In this document: positions 12,417-23,830 of the stretch, in pieces | How the letters are laid out: every line of letters starts with the position of its first letter | Numbering within the stretch: the first letter of the stretch is position 1 | Source of the DNA: Octopus sinensis | Lineage: Eukaryota | Direction: 5' to 3' | Length of the DNA stretch: 64,000 bases | Assembly (NCBI RefSeq): GCF_006345805.1 | Contig: NC_042999.1 | Span: forward strand, 149,358,001 to 149,422,000 | Notes under the pieces: generated by a model | What the model was told of the DNA's origin: nothing | The model's database searches: none | The model's input: the letters and a program-made list of their open reading frames with translations, nothing else | Made by a program: the position numbers and the translations under genes

Positions 12417-13384
12417 TTTATTTGTGATATATTTTTGCTGCTTTTTAATAAAGCATATTACTCTACCTCTGGTATTTTTTCCATCTTGTTTCACATTTAT
12501 GTGATTACTCTGGTATATATATATATATATATATATATATCATCATCATTTAACGTCCGCTTTCCATGCTAGCATGGGTTGGAATATATATAATATATAT
12601 ATATATATATATGCCCCGCCTCGACTGGCTTCTGTGCCGGTGACACATAAAAAGCACCAACCGATCGTGGCCGGTGCCAGACCCCTCTGGCACCTGTGCA
12701 GGTGGCACGTAAAAAGCACCCACTACACTCGCGGAGTGGTTGGCGTTAGGAAGAGCATCCAGCTGTAGAAACACTGCCAGATCAGACTGGAGCCTGGAGC
12801 AGCCCCTGGCTCCCCAGACCCCAGTCAAACCGTCAACCCGTGCTAGTGTGGAAAACGGACGTTAAACGATGATGATGATGATGATGATGATATGAGCCTG
12901 GTGCAGCCATCTGGTTCGCCAGACCTCAGTCAAAGCGTCCAACCCATGCTAGCATGGAAAGAAGACGTTAAACGATGATGATATGATGATGATGTGTGTG
13001 TGTGATTATTGAACAGTGAAAATAATTGCTCAACACCACATTAATGTGCAAGTGGCTGAGCACTCCATAGACATGTCTACCCTTAATGTAGTTCTTGGAG
13101 ATTCAGCATGAAACAATGTGACAAGGCTGGCCCTTTGAAATACAGGTACTACTCATTTTTGCCAGATGAGTGAACTGGAGAAATGTGAAATAAAGTGTCT
13201 TGTGTAAGAACACAATGCATTGGCAGGAATTGAACTCATGATCGTGAGCCAAATACCTTAACCACTGAGGAATGTGCCTTCACATTATACATATGTGAAA
13301 CTTTAAAGTAGCATACAGTCAGTATACATGCAATGTGAAGTGATGCCAGTCCTATGAAAGGATTCAAACTACTTTGCTGATGTA

Positions 13385-13460
13385 ATTAAAGATGCTCCTA
13401 TTTATTCCAACTGGATGGTGAGTTTGGATATGGTAAGCCTATTCACCAAGATTCCTCCAG
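13385..13460 (+). mobile_element. Penelope-like element RT fragment
   Basis: IKDAPIYSNWMVSLDMVSLFTKIP matches the PLE RT motif SxDVxSLFTxVP. Confidence 0.55.
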
Positions 13461-13944
13461 TAGTTAAAAATGGATCCTTCAATTGGAGAATGTACCCGTA
13501 TCCCAAAAGATAATCTGATAGAAATGTATATAAAATCCATAACATCTGTCGACTTTAATCCTGCAATGTTATGACGCTACCCCAAGTGTACCTTTTGTAC
13601 CTGGAGTACTGTTTTGAAGAATTCTTGAGTCAAATAAATTGACCCCAGTACTTATTTGTGAGGGAACAAACATAGGCACATGCAAGCACACAAACACACA
13701 CACAACAACACACAGACATATACATACACGATAGGGTTTTCGCAATTTCTGTCTACCAGATCCACTCACAAGGCTTTGGTCAGCCTGAGACTATAATGAA
13801 AGATACATACCCAAGGTACCACACAGTGGAATTGAACTCAGAACTATGTGGTTAGGAAATGAATTCTTACCATACAGCCATGCCTGTGCCTATGTGCAGC
13901 TAGGCTTCCTCTGGTATCAGTACTGTTACTTATCTTTTTCTCAA

Positions 13945-14300
13945 ATGTATGTATATGTACCTGTGAGTGTGTATTTGTATGTATATGTACTTGTGTGTGA
14001 GTATTTGTATGTATATGTATCTGTGATTGTGTATTTGTATGTGTATGTACCTGTGAATGTGTATTTGTATGTGTATGTACCTGTGTGTGAGTATTTGTAT
14101 GTATATGTATCTGTGATTGTGTATTTGTATGTGTATGTACCTGTGAATGTGTATTTGTATGTATATGTACCTATGAGTAAGTATTTGTATGTATATGTAC
14201 CTGTGTATGAGTATTTGTATGTATATGTACCTGTGATTGTGTATTTGTATGTACCTGTGAGTGAGTATTTGTATTTATATGTACCTGTAAGTGTATATTT
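13945..14300. repeat. 24-bp minisatellite (gtgtatttgtatgtatatgtacct-like), about 15 units
   Basis: Visible directly; produces the YLYVYVPV and TYTYKYTL ORFs. Confidence 0.92.
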
Positions 14301-14479
14301 GAATGCATGTGTGAATTTGTGAGTGCACGTGTTTTTTTGTGAAAATGTATAGGTGTATGTATACATGCACATATGCATGCGTGCATATGCTATTTCTAAT
14401 GCACCAGCTTTACTTTATCAATACTGCTTTAATAACTGCATTAACTCCACAACAGTGGGAAATTACCAACTTTACTTCC

Positions 14480-15330
14480 TCATTCAAAAATGGAGATCAC
14501 ACATCACCTGTCAATTATTGACCAATCAGTCTCATTAATTGTATCACCAAATTGATGGAGCTGTGTCAGAGAAACATTAAAGAACTTCTGGAAATCCCAT
14601 AACCTTATTCAACCCTTATATAGGACCAAAATCACTTCATACATTGAAATTCAGCCGCTGATCTTTTCAATTAATCAAAAAGTGTTTTGACAACATCCAA
14701 ATCACAGGTGGTGTCTTGTGGGTGGAGTTTACCTATCACAACTTCACAAAAGCCCTTCATTCTCTGCCACACAAACAACTTATAGAAAAAGCTTCTTGCA
14801 GTGGGAGTGAGGGCTAATCTTTAGTTATAACATAAACATTAGTTATAAAGTGAAAAGGTTCTGATACACACATGCTAAAAGTTACAGGCCTATCTCTCTC
14901 TAACTTCGCATGTTAACAGGGTCATGGAATGCATTGTCAGAAGAAGCAGATCAAATTACTGGAAGGAAATAACTTGCTCACAAACACACTGCGTGACTTC
15001 TTTCCAGGGTGAAGTTGCATCACACAGCTACTACATCACAGTTGATTACTGTCACAGTAGCTCAAACACTCAAATGTGGATGTAATATATCTTGACTTCG
15101 CCAAGGCCTTTGACAAAGTTGATCACAGGATGACATGTCATAAATTGTGTGACCATGACATCAATGGAAAACTGGTAGAGTAGTTGCATGGCTTTCTAAA
15201 AGGCAGAAGTCAGAGAGCTGCAGTTAATGGTGCTCTCTTTGGGAAGACATCAATTTACAGTGGAGTCCTTCAAGGAACCGTACTGGGACTATTATTGTTT
15301 GTGGTGGCTCTCTCTGACACTCTCTCAGTT
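14480..15330 (+). mobile_element. CR1/L2-type LINE RT fragments, decayed
   Basis: cttgacttcgccaaggcctttgacaaagttgatcac = LDFAKAFDKVDH; SGVLQGTVLGLLLF corresponds to the GVPQGSVLGP motif; a decayed NYRPISL-like segment lies near 14500. Confidence 0.85.
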
Positions 15331-15524
15331 GTACAGTCAGCAGGCTGGACTAAGACCCATCAAGGCCCTAAGCACTTAACAGATTTTGGTGCTTCCATAA
15401 AAGATTATGTAATTCAAAATATGTACAATAAAAAACCATAAAATAAATTTTTATTTTTCAAAACGAAACGAAACAGTAAGAGGGAAAATAATGTTTATTT
15501 TTGTATTCTTCCATTTTGTGTATG

Positions 15525-15640
15525 TTTGAAAAGTTTCCTCCTACTTTTTTAAATTGCAAAGTCTTTGATCAGATCCTCAAAATTCATCTTTGGTAACACA
15601 TCTGCATCTATACTTAGTAGAGATAAAGGCATCCCGAATA
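15525..15640 (-). mobile_element. hAT transposase C-terminal (dimerization domain) remnant
   Basis: LSLLSIDADVLPKMNFEDLIKDFAI*KSRRKLF resembles the hAT C-terminal consensus LxLLSIExxxxxxxDFxxIIxxFAxxKxRR. Confidence 0.6.
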
Positions 15641-15822
15641 CTATTTTAGCAAGTCTAAAGTGATTTCTTTTGTACTGTAAACCATTTACCATTTCTGAGG
15701 TGCCCACCTGCCCTTCCCTTGATGCTTTAAGCACGTGCTTATTTTGCATAATGGCTTATCCAGCACTGACAATCAGCCACACTCATGAATATATTTATAT
15801 ATATATGAATACATTTATATAT

Positions 15823-15853
<31 letters not shown>

Positions 15854-16207
15854 AATAAGTATATATATATATGGATATATATGTCGGTGGCATGTAAAAA
15901 GCACCATCTGAATCGTGGCCGAAGCCAGTGCCGTCTCGACAGGCTTTCGTGCAGGTGGCACGTAAAATGCACCAATCCGACTGTGGCCGATGCCAGCCTC
16001 GCCTGGCTCCAGTGCAGGTGGCACGTAAAAAGCACCCACTACATTCACGGAGTGGTTGGCGTTAGGAAGGGCATCCAGCTGTAGAAACATTGCCAGATAA
16101 GACCGGAGCCTGGTGCAGCCTTCTGGCTTCCCAGATCCCCAGTTGAACCGTCCAACCCATGCTAGCATGGGGAACGGACGTTAAACGATGATGATGATGA
16201 TGATATA

Positions 16208-16239
<32 letters not shown>

Positions 16240-18134
16240 AATGTGTATATATACATAAATGTATATATAAATGTATATATATATATATGTATATATAAGT
16301 ATATGTGTGTATGTGTGTACGTACATGTGTGTATTATGTCTCCTTTCCTTGACAGTTGTAAATGAGCGTCACTGTCGAACATGTGGTGTAATTCTTCATA
16401 ATATTCTTTGAAAACATGTCTGGTTATGGGGAAATATAATCAATCAACTGAACTGTGTACTCATTGAATTACAGTGTATAAATTGGGTGAGTATTCCACA
16501 GACATGTGTTGTATTCTTGATGTAGTCTACACTGTGAAGTGGTTGACATTAGGAAGGGCATCCAGCCATAAAAAAAAACCATGCCAAATCTAGCACTGAA
16601 GATTGAAGCAGTCCTTGGACATATCACATGCTGTCAAACTATCCAGTTCATATCAGCAAAGAACATGGAGGTTAAATAATAATAATAATAATAATCATCA
16701 TCGTTTAATGTCCGTTTTCCATGCTAGCATGGGTTGGACGGTTTGACTGGGGTCTGGGAAGCCAGGAGGCTGCACCAGGCTCCAGTCTGATCTGGTAGTG
16801 TTTCTACAGCTGGATGCCCTTCCTAACGCCAACCACTCTGTGAGTGTAGTGGGTGCTTTTTATGTACCATCGGCACAGGTGCCAGGGGAAGCTGGCATCG
16901 GCCATGATCAGTTGGTGCTTTTTACATGCCACTGACATGGAAGCCAGTCAAGGCGGCGCTGGCATCGGCCACGTTCAGATGGTGCTTTCTATGTGCCACC
17001 GGCACGGGTATCAAAACTACAATTTCCATTTGATTTTTATTTTGATGTACTTGACTCAATAGGTCTCCTCAAGCACACCAGATTGCCCAAGGTTCAAGTA
17101 TTGATGATATATATATATAGGGAGAGAGTGAGAGTGTATTCTTAGCTACAATAGTGACAACATGAATTTCTGCCATCTTCTTGCTCTGTTAAAGTATTTG
17201 AGAAAAATTATATTAATGTATCCAACTGGTTAAAATTCTATGTATGTATTTGTGCAACTGAAGATGGCACTGCATTTAAATTGAAGTAATGATTGCATTG
17301 TTCAATTAAATTGAGCTGCTTGAAATGGTCATACGGTATCACTACTTGATATCCTGTTGCTTATTTTGATTCTATTCACCTTACTTCGAGCTGTGTGAAT
17401 AATACCAGACTGACATGTTTCTTCAACTTGAATCTCAATTATTTCTATGTATGTATGTATGTACGTGTGTGTGTGTATGTATGTATGTATGTAAAGATAG
17501 ACATATGTCTGTATACATATTAACATATGTATATTAAGAGTTGTTAAATAATAAAAAAACAAACATTTACTGATGAAGAAACTCAATACTGTTACAAAGT
17601 AAAATTCTATATATATAAGTATAGGCATGGCTATGTGGTTAAGAAACTTACTTCCCAATCATATGGTCTTGGGTTCAGTACCACTGCATGGCACCTTGGA
17701 CAAATGTCTTCTACTAAAGCCCTAACCGAAGCCTTGTGAGTGGATTTGGTAGATAGAATGAAATAAGACTGCCATGTATGTATGTGTATGCATGTGTGTG
17801 TTCATATGTATGTGTGTGCGTGTGTGTGTGTCTGTATTCTTGTCTTGACCTCATATGGTGGTTGTAAACCAGAATTGCCATAATACAAGCAATGTTCATT
17901 TCCAGTCTTCCATAAAAACATGTTTGGCAATGAAGAATCATTACCTTAGAAACAGACGAGAGTTGGCAACGCAAGTGATATCCAGCTGTAGAAACTCTGT
18001 CTCAACAAACTCCATCTGAGCCAAGCAAAGCATGGAAAAGTGGACATTAAACGATGATGATGATGATGATGATGATAATGATAATAATAATAAATCACCA
18101 AAAACATATAATGAAAAGAAATACAAGTAACTGC

Positions 18135-18800
18135 AGACTATTTGGAGACGGAAAAGAAACAATAAATAATATTGTCTCTGGCTGTAGTTTGAGGAATACT
18201 GGCTAAGAAGGAATACATACACAGACACAACAGAGTTGGAACCTGCATACACTGGAAGCTATGCCAACACTATGGAATAACAGAAAAAAGATGGAATAGA
18301 CACATGCCAGAAAAGGTCATAGAAAATGAGAAAGCAACCATACTCTGGGATATGCCAATACATACAGATAGAGAAATTAAGGCCAAGTAGCTGGATATTG
18401 TTGTCAGAGATCAAGAAAGAAAATGCTTTCTAATTGATGTATCAATACCAACAGATGACGATGTTTTTCTAAAAGAAATGGAGAAACTTTCAGAATACAA
18501 AGTTCTGGAAACAGAGGTAGCTTGAATGTGGAGCCTAAGAACAGAAACAATTCTTATCACAGTAGGTGCATTAGGTATGATAAAAAAACATTCAGACAAA
18601 TACATAACAAAAACACCAGGTTTTACAAGTATATATAACATACAGAAAACAGCACTACTAGGTATCACACACATCCTATGTAAAACACTTTCAATACAGT
18701 AAAAATAAGAGCACCACAACAAACAACAACACATACCCAAGGCACACAGAGCTGTGCTCGGTAGTGCAGTGAAGTATGTGATAAAAATAAGACTACTGAA
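18135..18800 (+). mobile_element. Non-LTR retrotransposon with restriction-like endonuclease (R4/Dong-like), 3' part
   Basis: Decayed translation with GC..LAKKEYIHRHNRVG..IHWKLCQHYG, MPEKVIENEKATILWDMPIHTDREIKA..DIVV..CFLIDVSIP (zinc knuckle plus PD..D RLE), ending TALLG..HIL. Confidence 0.85.
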
Positions 18801-19354
18801 TAATAATATATCTGGAAAGCCAAAGCTTTACACACTCAACACAATACAAGCAGTAATACAACAAAAGACTGCACCACACCTCAAGAGAAAAAAAACTAGC
18901 ATAATACAGTACTGGGAAGAGTTTGCACACTCCCAACAGCAGAAAAGAACACACAAAGAGATGTTGCAGGTGATGCAGTAGAAATTTGCCGCAAACTACC
19001 AAATATTGAATAGCTATCTACTATAATAATACTCGTGCTTTTCTCCATCACAACATATGAATGAGAAACGAAGGGATGAGAGATAGATAAGGAAGGAAGG
19101 AGTGATGGCAAACTGGTAGTGAGAGGGTGAACATTCAACACTGAAAAGAAAAATGAAACAGTGTTTCAACTCTGGGTAAGTGTATGTGTGTATGTGTACA
19201 AGTATGTGAATGTATGTGAACATTGACAAGTGTATCAATTTGATTTACCATCCCTATTTAGATATAAAATACTACAATTAGCTGTCGTTTTTGATGGCAT
19301 GGGGCCAGCTAGCATAATAATAACAACTGTGACTCATGTTTTTGCTCTCAACTC

Positions 19355-19386
<32 letters not shown>

Positions 19387-19397
19387 ATATATAAGGT

Positions 19398-19775
19398 GTA
19401 GGAGTGGCTGTGTGGTAAGTAGCTTGCTTATGAACCACATGGTTCCGGGTTCAGACCCACTGCATGGCACCTTGGGCAAGTGTCTTCTACTATAGCCTCG
19501 GGCTGACCAAAGCCTTGTGGATGGATTTGGTAGACGGAAACTGAAAGAAGCCCATCATATGTGTGCGTGTGTGTGTATATGCTTCTATGTCTGTGTTTGT
19601 TCCCCCCCAACATTGCTTGGCAACCGATTCTGGTGTGTTTACGTCCCTGTAACTTCGCGGTTTGGCAAAAGAGACCGATAGAATAAGTACTAGGCTGGGG
19701 TCGATTGGCTTGAGTAAAGGTGGTGCTCCAGCATGGCCACAGTCAAATGACTGAAACAAGTAAAAGAGTAAAAGA

Positions 19776-19780
<5 letters not shown>
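19398..19780 (+). mobile_element. tRNA-derived CORE-like SINE (family B), full length, with internal (GT/TA)n
   Basis: Head ggagtggctgtgtggtaag...ggttccgggttcag, core accttgggcaagtgtctt, tail gtaaaagag repeats. About 20 copies in the window, e.g. 24148-24515(+), 24950-25350(-), 26090-26450(-), 35005-35410(+), 53522-53910(+). Confidence 0.85.
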
Positions 19781-19807
<27 letters not shown>

Positions 19808-20268
19808 CGAGTGAGAGAAATAATTATCTGGATAAATAAATTGATTATAAAAGTTTGGGTTTGATATACAAAATGTATATATTAATATATGTATACATGA
19901 AGGCAGAGAGCAGGGAGAAATGTTAGCACACCGGGCGAAATGCTTAGCAGTATTTCATCCTTACGTTCTGAGTTCAAATTCTGCCAAGGCCAACTTTGCC
20001 TTTCATCCTTTTGGGGTCAATAACAGTTGCATACGAGGGTCAATCTAATCGACTGGTCCCCTCCCCAAAATTTCGGGCCTTGTGCCTAGAGTAGAGATAT
20101 ATGTATGTGGGTGTAGTTTGTATCTGTGTTTATCACCTACCACCTGTGTTGGTCTGTTTACATTCATGTCACTTATCAGCTTGGCAAAAATAACAGGCTT
20201 TAAAAAACTAAGTACTGGGGTCGATTCATTTGACTAAAACCCCAGCATGCCAACAGTTCAATGACTGA

Positions 20269-20320
<52 letters not shown>

Positions 20321-21049
20321 TATATATATGTATACATATACACACTCACACATATATACTTATATATATTACATGACACATTCACACATATGTATTATAC
20401 ACACACAAAGATATCTTACATCCCTCACAGAGTAAAGGTCAGAGTGAATTCCTGAGGAGCATCTCTTCATCTTCTCAAGATAAAACTTCAACGACCACGA
20501 AGAAAAATTTATAAAAGCATTTCAAAGTCTGTGTGTGTATGTGTGTGTGTGTGTGTGTGTGTAAGCGCGTTCGTATAGGTGTGTACGTTCATATAGCACG
20601 CTACAGAGAAAGTAGACCTGTGAATTAAAAGTAACTTCGTGGAAGAAAATGAAATACGTCTTGTAAAAATATCTGGAAGGACGTAAAAACGAAAGAGGAA
20701 TTAATGCTTCTTGACATGAAAAAAGATAGAGCTGCCACTTCGACAAAAGTTGACTCAAGGGAGACAACTTTAGTAAGCATATAGCAATCATACAAGAGTT
20801 GCGCTGAAGTTATGGTCCTTGATTACGCAATAGACCCTTTAGTAGAACATAGGAGAAAATGTCTAGTAACTGACAATGGGAAAATACGTGCTTGGCGTCA
20901 GGATTGGCGACAGGAAGGGCATCCAGCTGCAGAAACTGTCAACAAATTACATTTGGACCATGCAAAGCATATTGTATTTAAAAATATTGAAATATTTAAA
21001 AATTATCTTTTTTAATAGCTATATAATAAAATAAAGATTATACACGTAC

Positions 21050-21132
21050 TGGATGGTTTTTCCTTTCGACACAACTAAATTCAGGTGGCTTTGAGTAGAT
21101 TCTATATAAAACTGGATTTCATTCCACGTAAA
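21050..21132 (-). CDS. PLEKHG5: PLEKHG5-like exon, first half of RBD-like domain: FTWNEIQFYIESTQSHLNLVVSKGKTI(Q)
   Basis: Long pyrimidine acceptor tttttcctatgtttttgtttcag|TTT and donor CCA|gtacgt; 83 nt, phase 0 to 2. KGKTIQDLL across the junction fits the RBD beta2-helix1 pattern. Confidence 0.85.
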
Positions 21133-21805
21133 CTGAAACAAAAACATAGGAAAAACATTGAGAGAGAGAGAGAGGAGTGTGTGTGTGTTTTGGGTATGAA
21201 TGTATATATGCATACATCATCATCATCATCATTTAACATCCCCCTTCTATGCTGGCATGGGTGGAACAGTTTGACAAGAGCTGGCCAGGCAGAAGCCTGC
21301 ACCAGACTTCTGTAACTGTTTTGGTAGGATTTTTACAGCTGGATGCCTTTCCAAATGCCAACCACTCAGCAGAGTGGACTTAGTGCTTTTTATGTAGCAC
21401 AAGTGAGGTCAGTTTTAGCAAGGTTTTTACAGCTGGATTCCCTTCTAAACACCAACCACTTAACAGTGTGGATTGGGTACTTTGTAAGTGGTACCTGCAC
21501 TGACAGGGTCACCAAGTAACTTGCAAGGAGAGAGGGCATTGGAGGAGGAGATCTTATGTCAGATGATGGAAGGTTATAGTGAGATAGAAACAGGTGTCTT
21601 GCTGTAGAGGAGGTACAAGGTTACCTGGCTGGGGGAGAGAGAGAGTGAAAGAGAGAGAGATCAAGAATGAAGACAGAAACAGGTGTGCTACCGCAAAGAA
21701 GATACATGGTCACACATACATGAGTGAAAATTTTAGTGAATGCATGCGAATATATCTGCAGGTGCATATGCTTGTGTCCATGTGTATGAGTGTATATATG
21801 TGTGT

Positions 21806-21882
<77 letters not shown>

Positions 21883-22794
21883 TATATATATACATACACA
21901 CACATATATACATATACACACACATTGCTATTCTGAACTTTCTGCAGCAATTAGTACCCTTGTCTATTTGTATCATCGACAAATACATCAATTCTCCAAA
22001 CAAGGAAAACACTGTTGATCTTCTTCACCTCTCAACCCATTTTTGATCACGCTGCAGTCATCATCTCTGTGAAAGCACACAGAATAATAGTTAAAATGTT
22101 GCACTCGTAACTGTTAAGTCACAGGGTTGATTCTCAGACCAGGCAATGTGTTGTGTTCTTGAGCAAGGCATTTCATTCTACATTGCTTCTTTCAGTACAC
22201 TCAACTGAAGGTTAACCCTGTGGTGTACTGGTATCTCATTCAAGAGGAAGGGGTGTTTCTTGAACATCCAGATAAACTGTGGTCTCTTGAGCTTTGTAAG
22301 CTCCAGGCCAAATGTATCATTTCTGCTAAACTGGATCATCTAATAAAAACAACCTCCTCACATCTTCCTACTGCATAACAACCACCTCCAGCTTGAACTC
22401 AATTCTCACAGTTCTAAGATGTTGAATGATGACAGTAAATGTATTCAACTTCCAAGACGTCTATCTGAAACAGTTAAGGGATGGGGTGACCAATATTGAC
22501 TCTCCTCCTTCTCCACCTAAGAATCTCCTTTCATATGGTACCTACAACTAAAATCTATAATCCCCTGAAACCCCAAGGTGGTAACTTTAACAACGTTTGC
22601 AAAATGTGAAGAAAGTCACCCAACATCACTGCAATGCATCTAAAAAGCAGGGAAACAAAAACTGCATTCATATGTTGCACAGCCTACAAGGCACCTCACT
22701 TCCAAAACCTGGAAATGATAAGTAAGCTTACCACCACTCGCAATAACAGTAAAGGATAAAAGGTATATTTATCTTTACACAATATATTTAAGTG

Positions 22795-23170
22795 GAGGTG
22801 CAATGGCCCAATGGTTAGGGCAGTGGACTTGCGGTCTTAGGATCGTGGTTTCGATTCCCAGACCGGGTGTTGTGAAGTGTTTATTGAGTGAAAACACCTA
22901 AAGCTCCACAAGGCTCCGGCAGGGGTGGTGGTGAATCCTACTGTACTCTTTCACCACAACTTTCTCTCACTCTTTCTTCCTGTTTCTGTTGTACCTGTAT
23001 TTCAAAGGGCCAGCCTTGTCACACTGTGTCACACTGAATCTCCCCAAGAACTATGTTAAGGGTCCATGTGTCTGTAGAGTGCTCAGCCACTTGCATGTTA
23101 ATTTCATGAACAGGCTGTTCCATTGATTGGATCAACTGGAACCCTCGTCGTCGTAACCGACGGAGTGCCA
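22795..23170 (+). mobile_element. Well-preserved tRNA-derived SINE (family D variant)
   Basis: A-box tggcccaatgg, B-box ggtttcgattccc; shares the cctgtatttcaaagggccagccttgtcacact segment with family D. Confidence 0.8.
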
Positions 23171-23594
23171 ACATATATTTAAGTTATGTCATTTTAAAAT
23201 AAATTCTAAGTCTCAAGGACTGATGATAAAAGGTCAAGTTCTTGTTACAGTGTAGGGGCTTGTATCTCAATGAACCCTAGAGCTATGCTCATACTGTCAT
23301 ACTGGACAGCTCAAAGGACAGGTGGCCAGACTAATGTGAACCACTTCTTCCCAGAGATACAAATAAGTTTGTGTAGGGCCAAAAACTCTACCTAAAAAGG
23401 AAGATAAATTTCAGAACATTAATGAAGATTCAGCACCAACAAAACCTAGGAGAAGAACAGGCCAGAGTTGAAAACTGAAGAAAAGTTGTCTTGAGAACTT
23501 CTCTTCAGTTCTTAAGAGTAACGGAAGAAAAGTTATTCTTAAGTAAGACTTTGCATATTACTTAAGAGCAAAGGTTTTAAGTAAGATGATAAAA

Positions 23595-23830
23595 GGAAAG
23601 AATTTAACATAAAACCTTTAGCATTCAAACCAATCATATTTGACCAAAATATTCTACTTGTTTTATGCTCCAGCTGGTCAGATCTTGCCTCTCACACCAA
23701 CATTAGAATATCATTCTAAAAATCTAACAGTTCCTTCATCAAAATCTCGAAACTGAGAGATGATGCATGATTAATTCCAAACAATGTGAATAAGTAAGCA
23801 TTACTTTTGACAGATATATCAGAATGTTTA
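23595..23830. mobile_element. piggyBac-like MITE, decayed
   Basis: Left end aacctttagcattc; right end cagaatgtttacaggtcaa is a degenerate counterpart of ttaacccttt...aaagggttaa ends. Confidence 0.4.

Larger units (their letters stand above)
10170..12610. repeat. Near-perfect direct tandem duplication, unit ~1208 bp
   Basis: Identical ORFs and sequence at offset 1208 (10442/11650, 10657/11865, 11128/12336). The differences I saw are in microsatellite length; both junctions lie in (TA)n. Confidence 0.95.

Noticed and set aside
8363-12600. Long ORFs rich in YI/CV/HT/YPSI/LSIY (also at 21.6-22.0 kb, 33.7-34.6 kb and 40.3-40.9 kb)
   Set aside because: They are translations of (TA)n, (CA)n and (TAGA)n microsatellites with no splice or codon support.
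17380-17444. Candidate exon EIIEIQVEETCQSGIIHTARSK
   Set aside because: The acceptor is a (TACA)n microsatellite with no pyrimidine tract, its phases do not fit, and the RBD first half is better explained by 21050-21132.
18980-19140. Strong minus-strand acceptor (tcatttttcttttcag) and possible exon
   Set aside because: Phase 0 hits a stop at once and phase 2 runs to a stop without a good donor; no fit to the gene model.
22795-22870. tRNA gene (and similar A/B-box heads elsewhere)
   Set aside because: No convincing cloverleaf; continues into a shared SINE body, so these are SINE heads.
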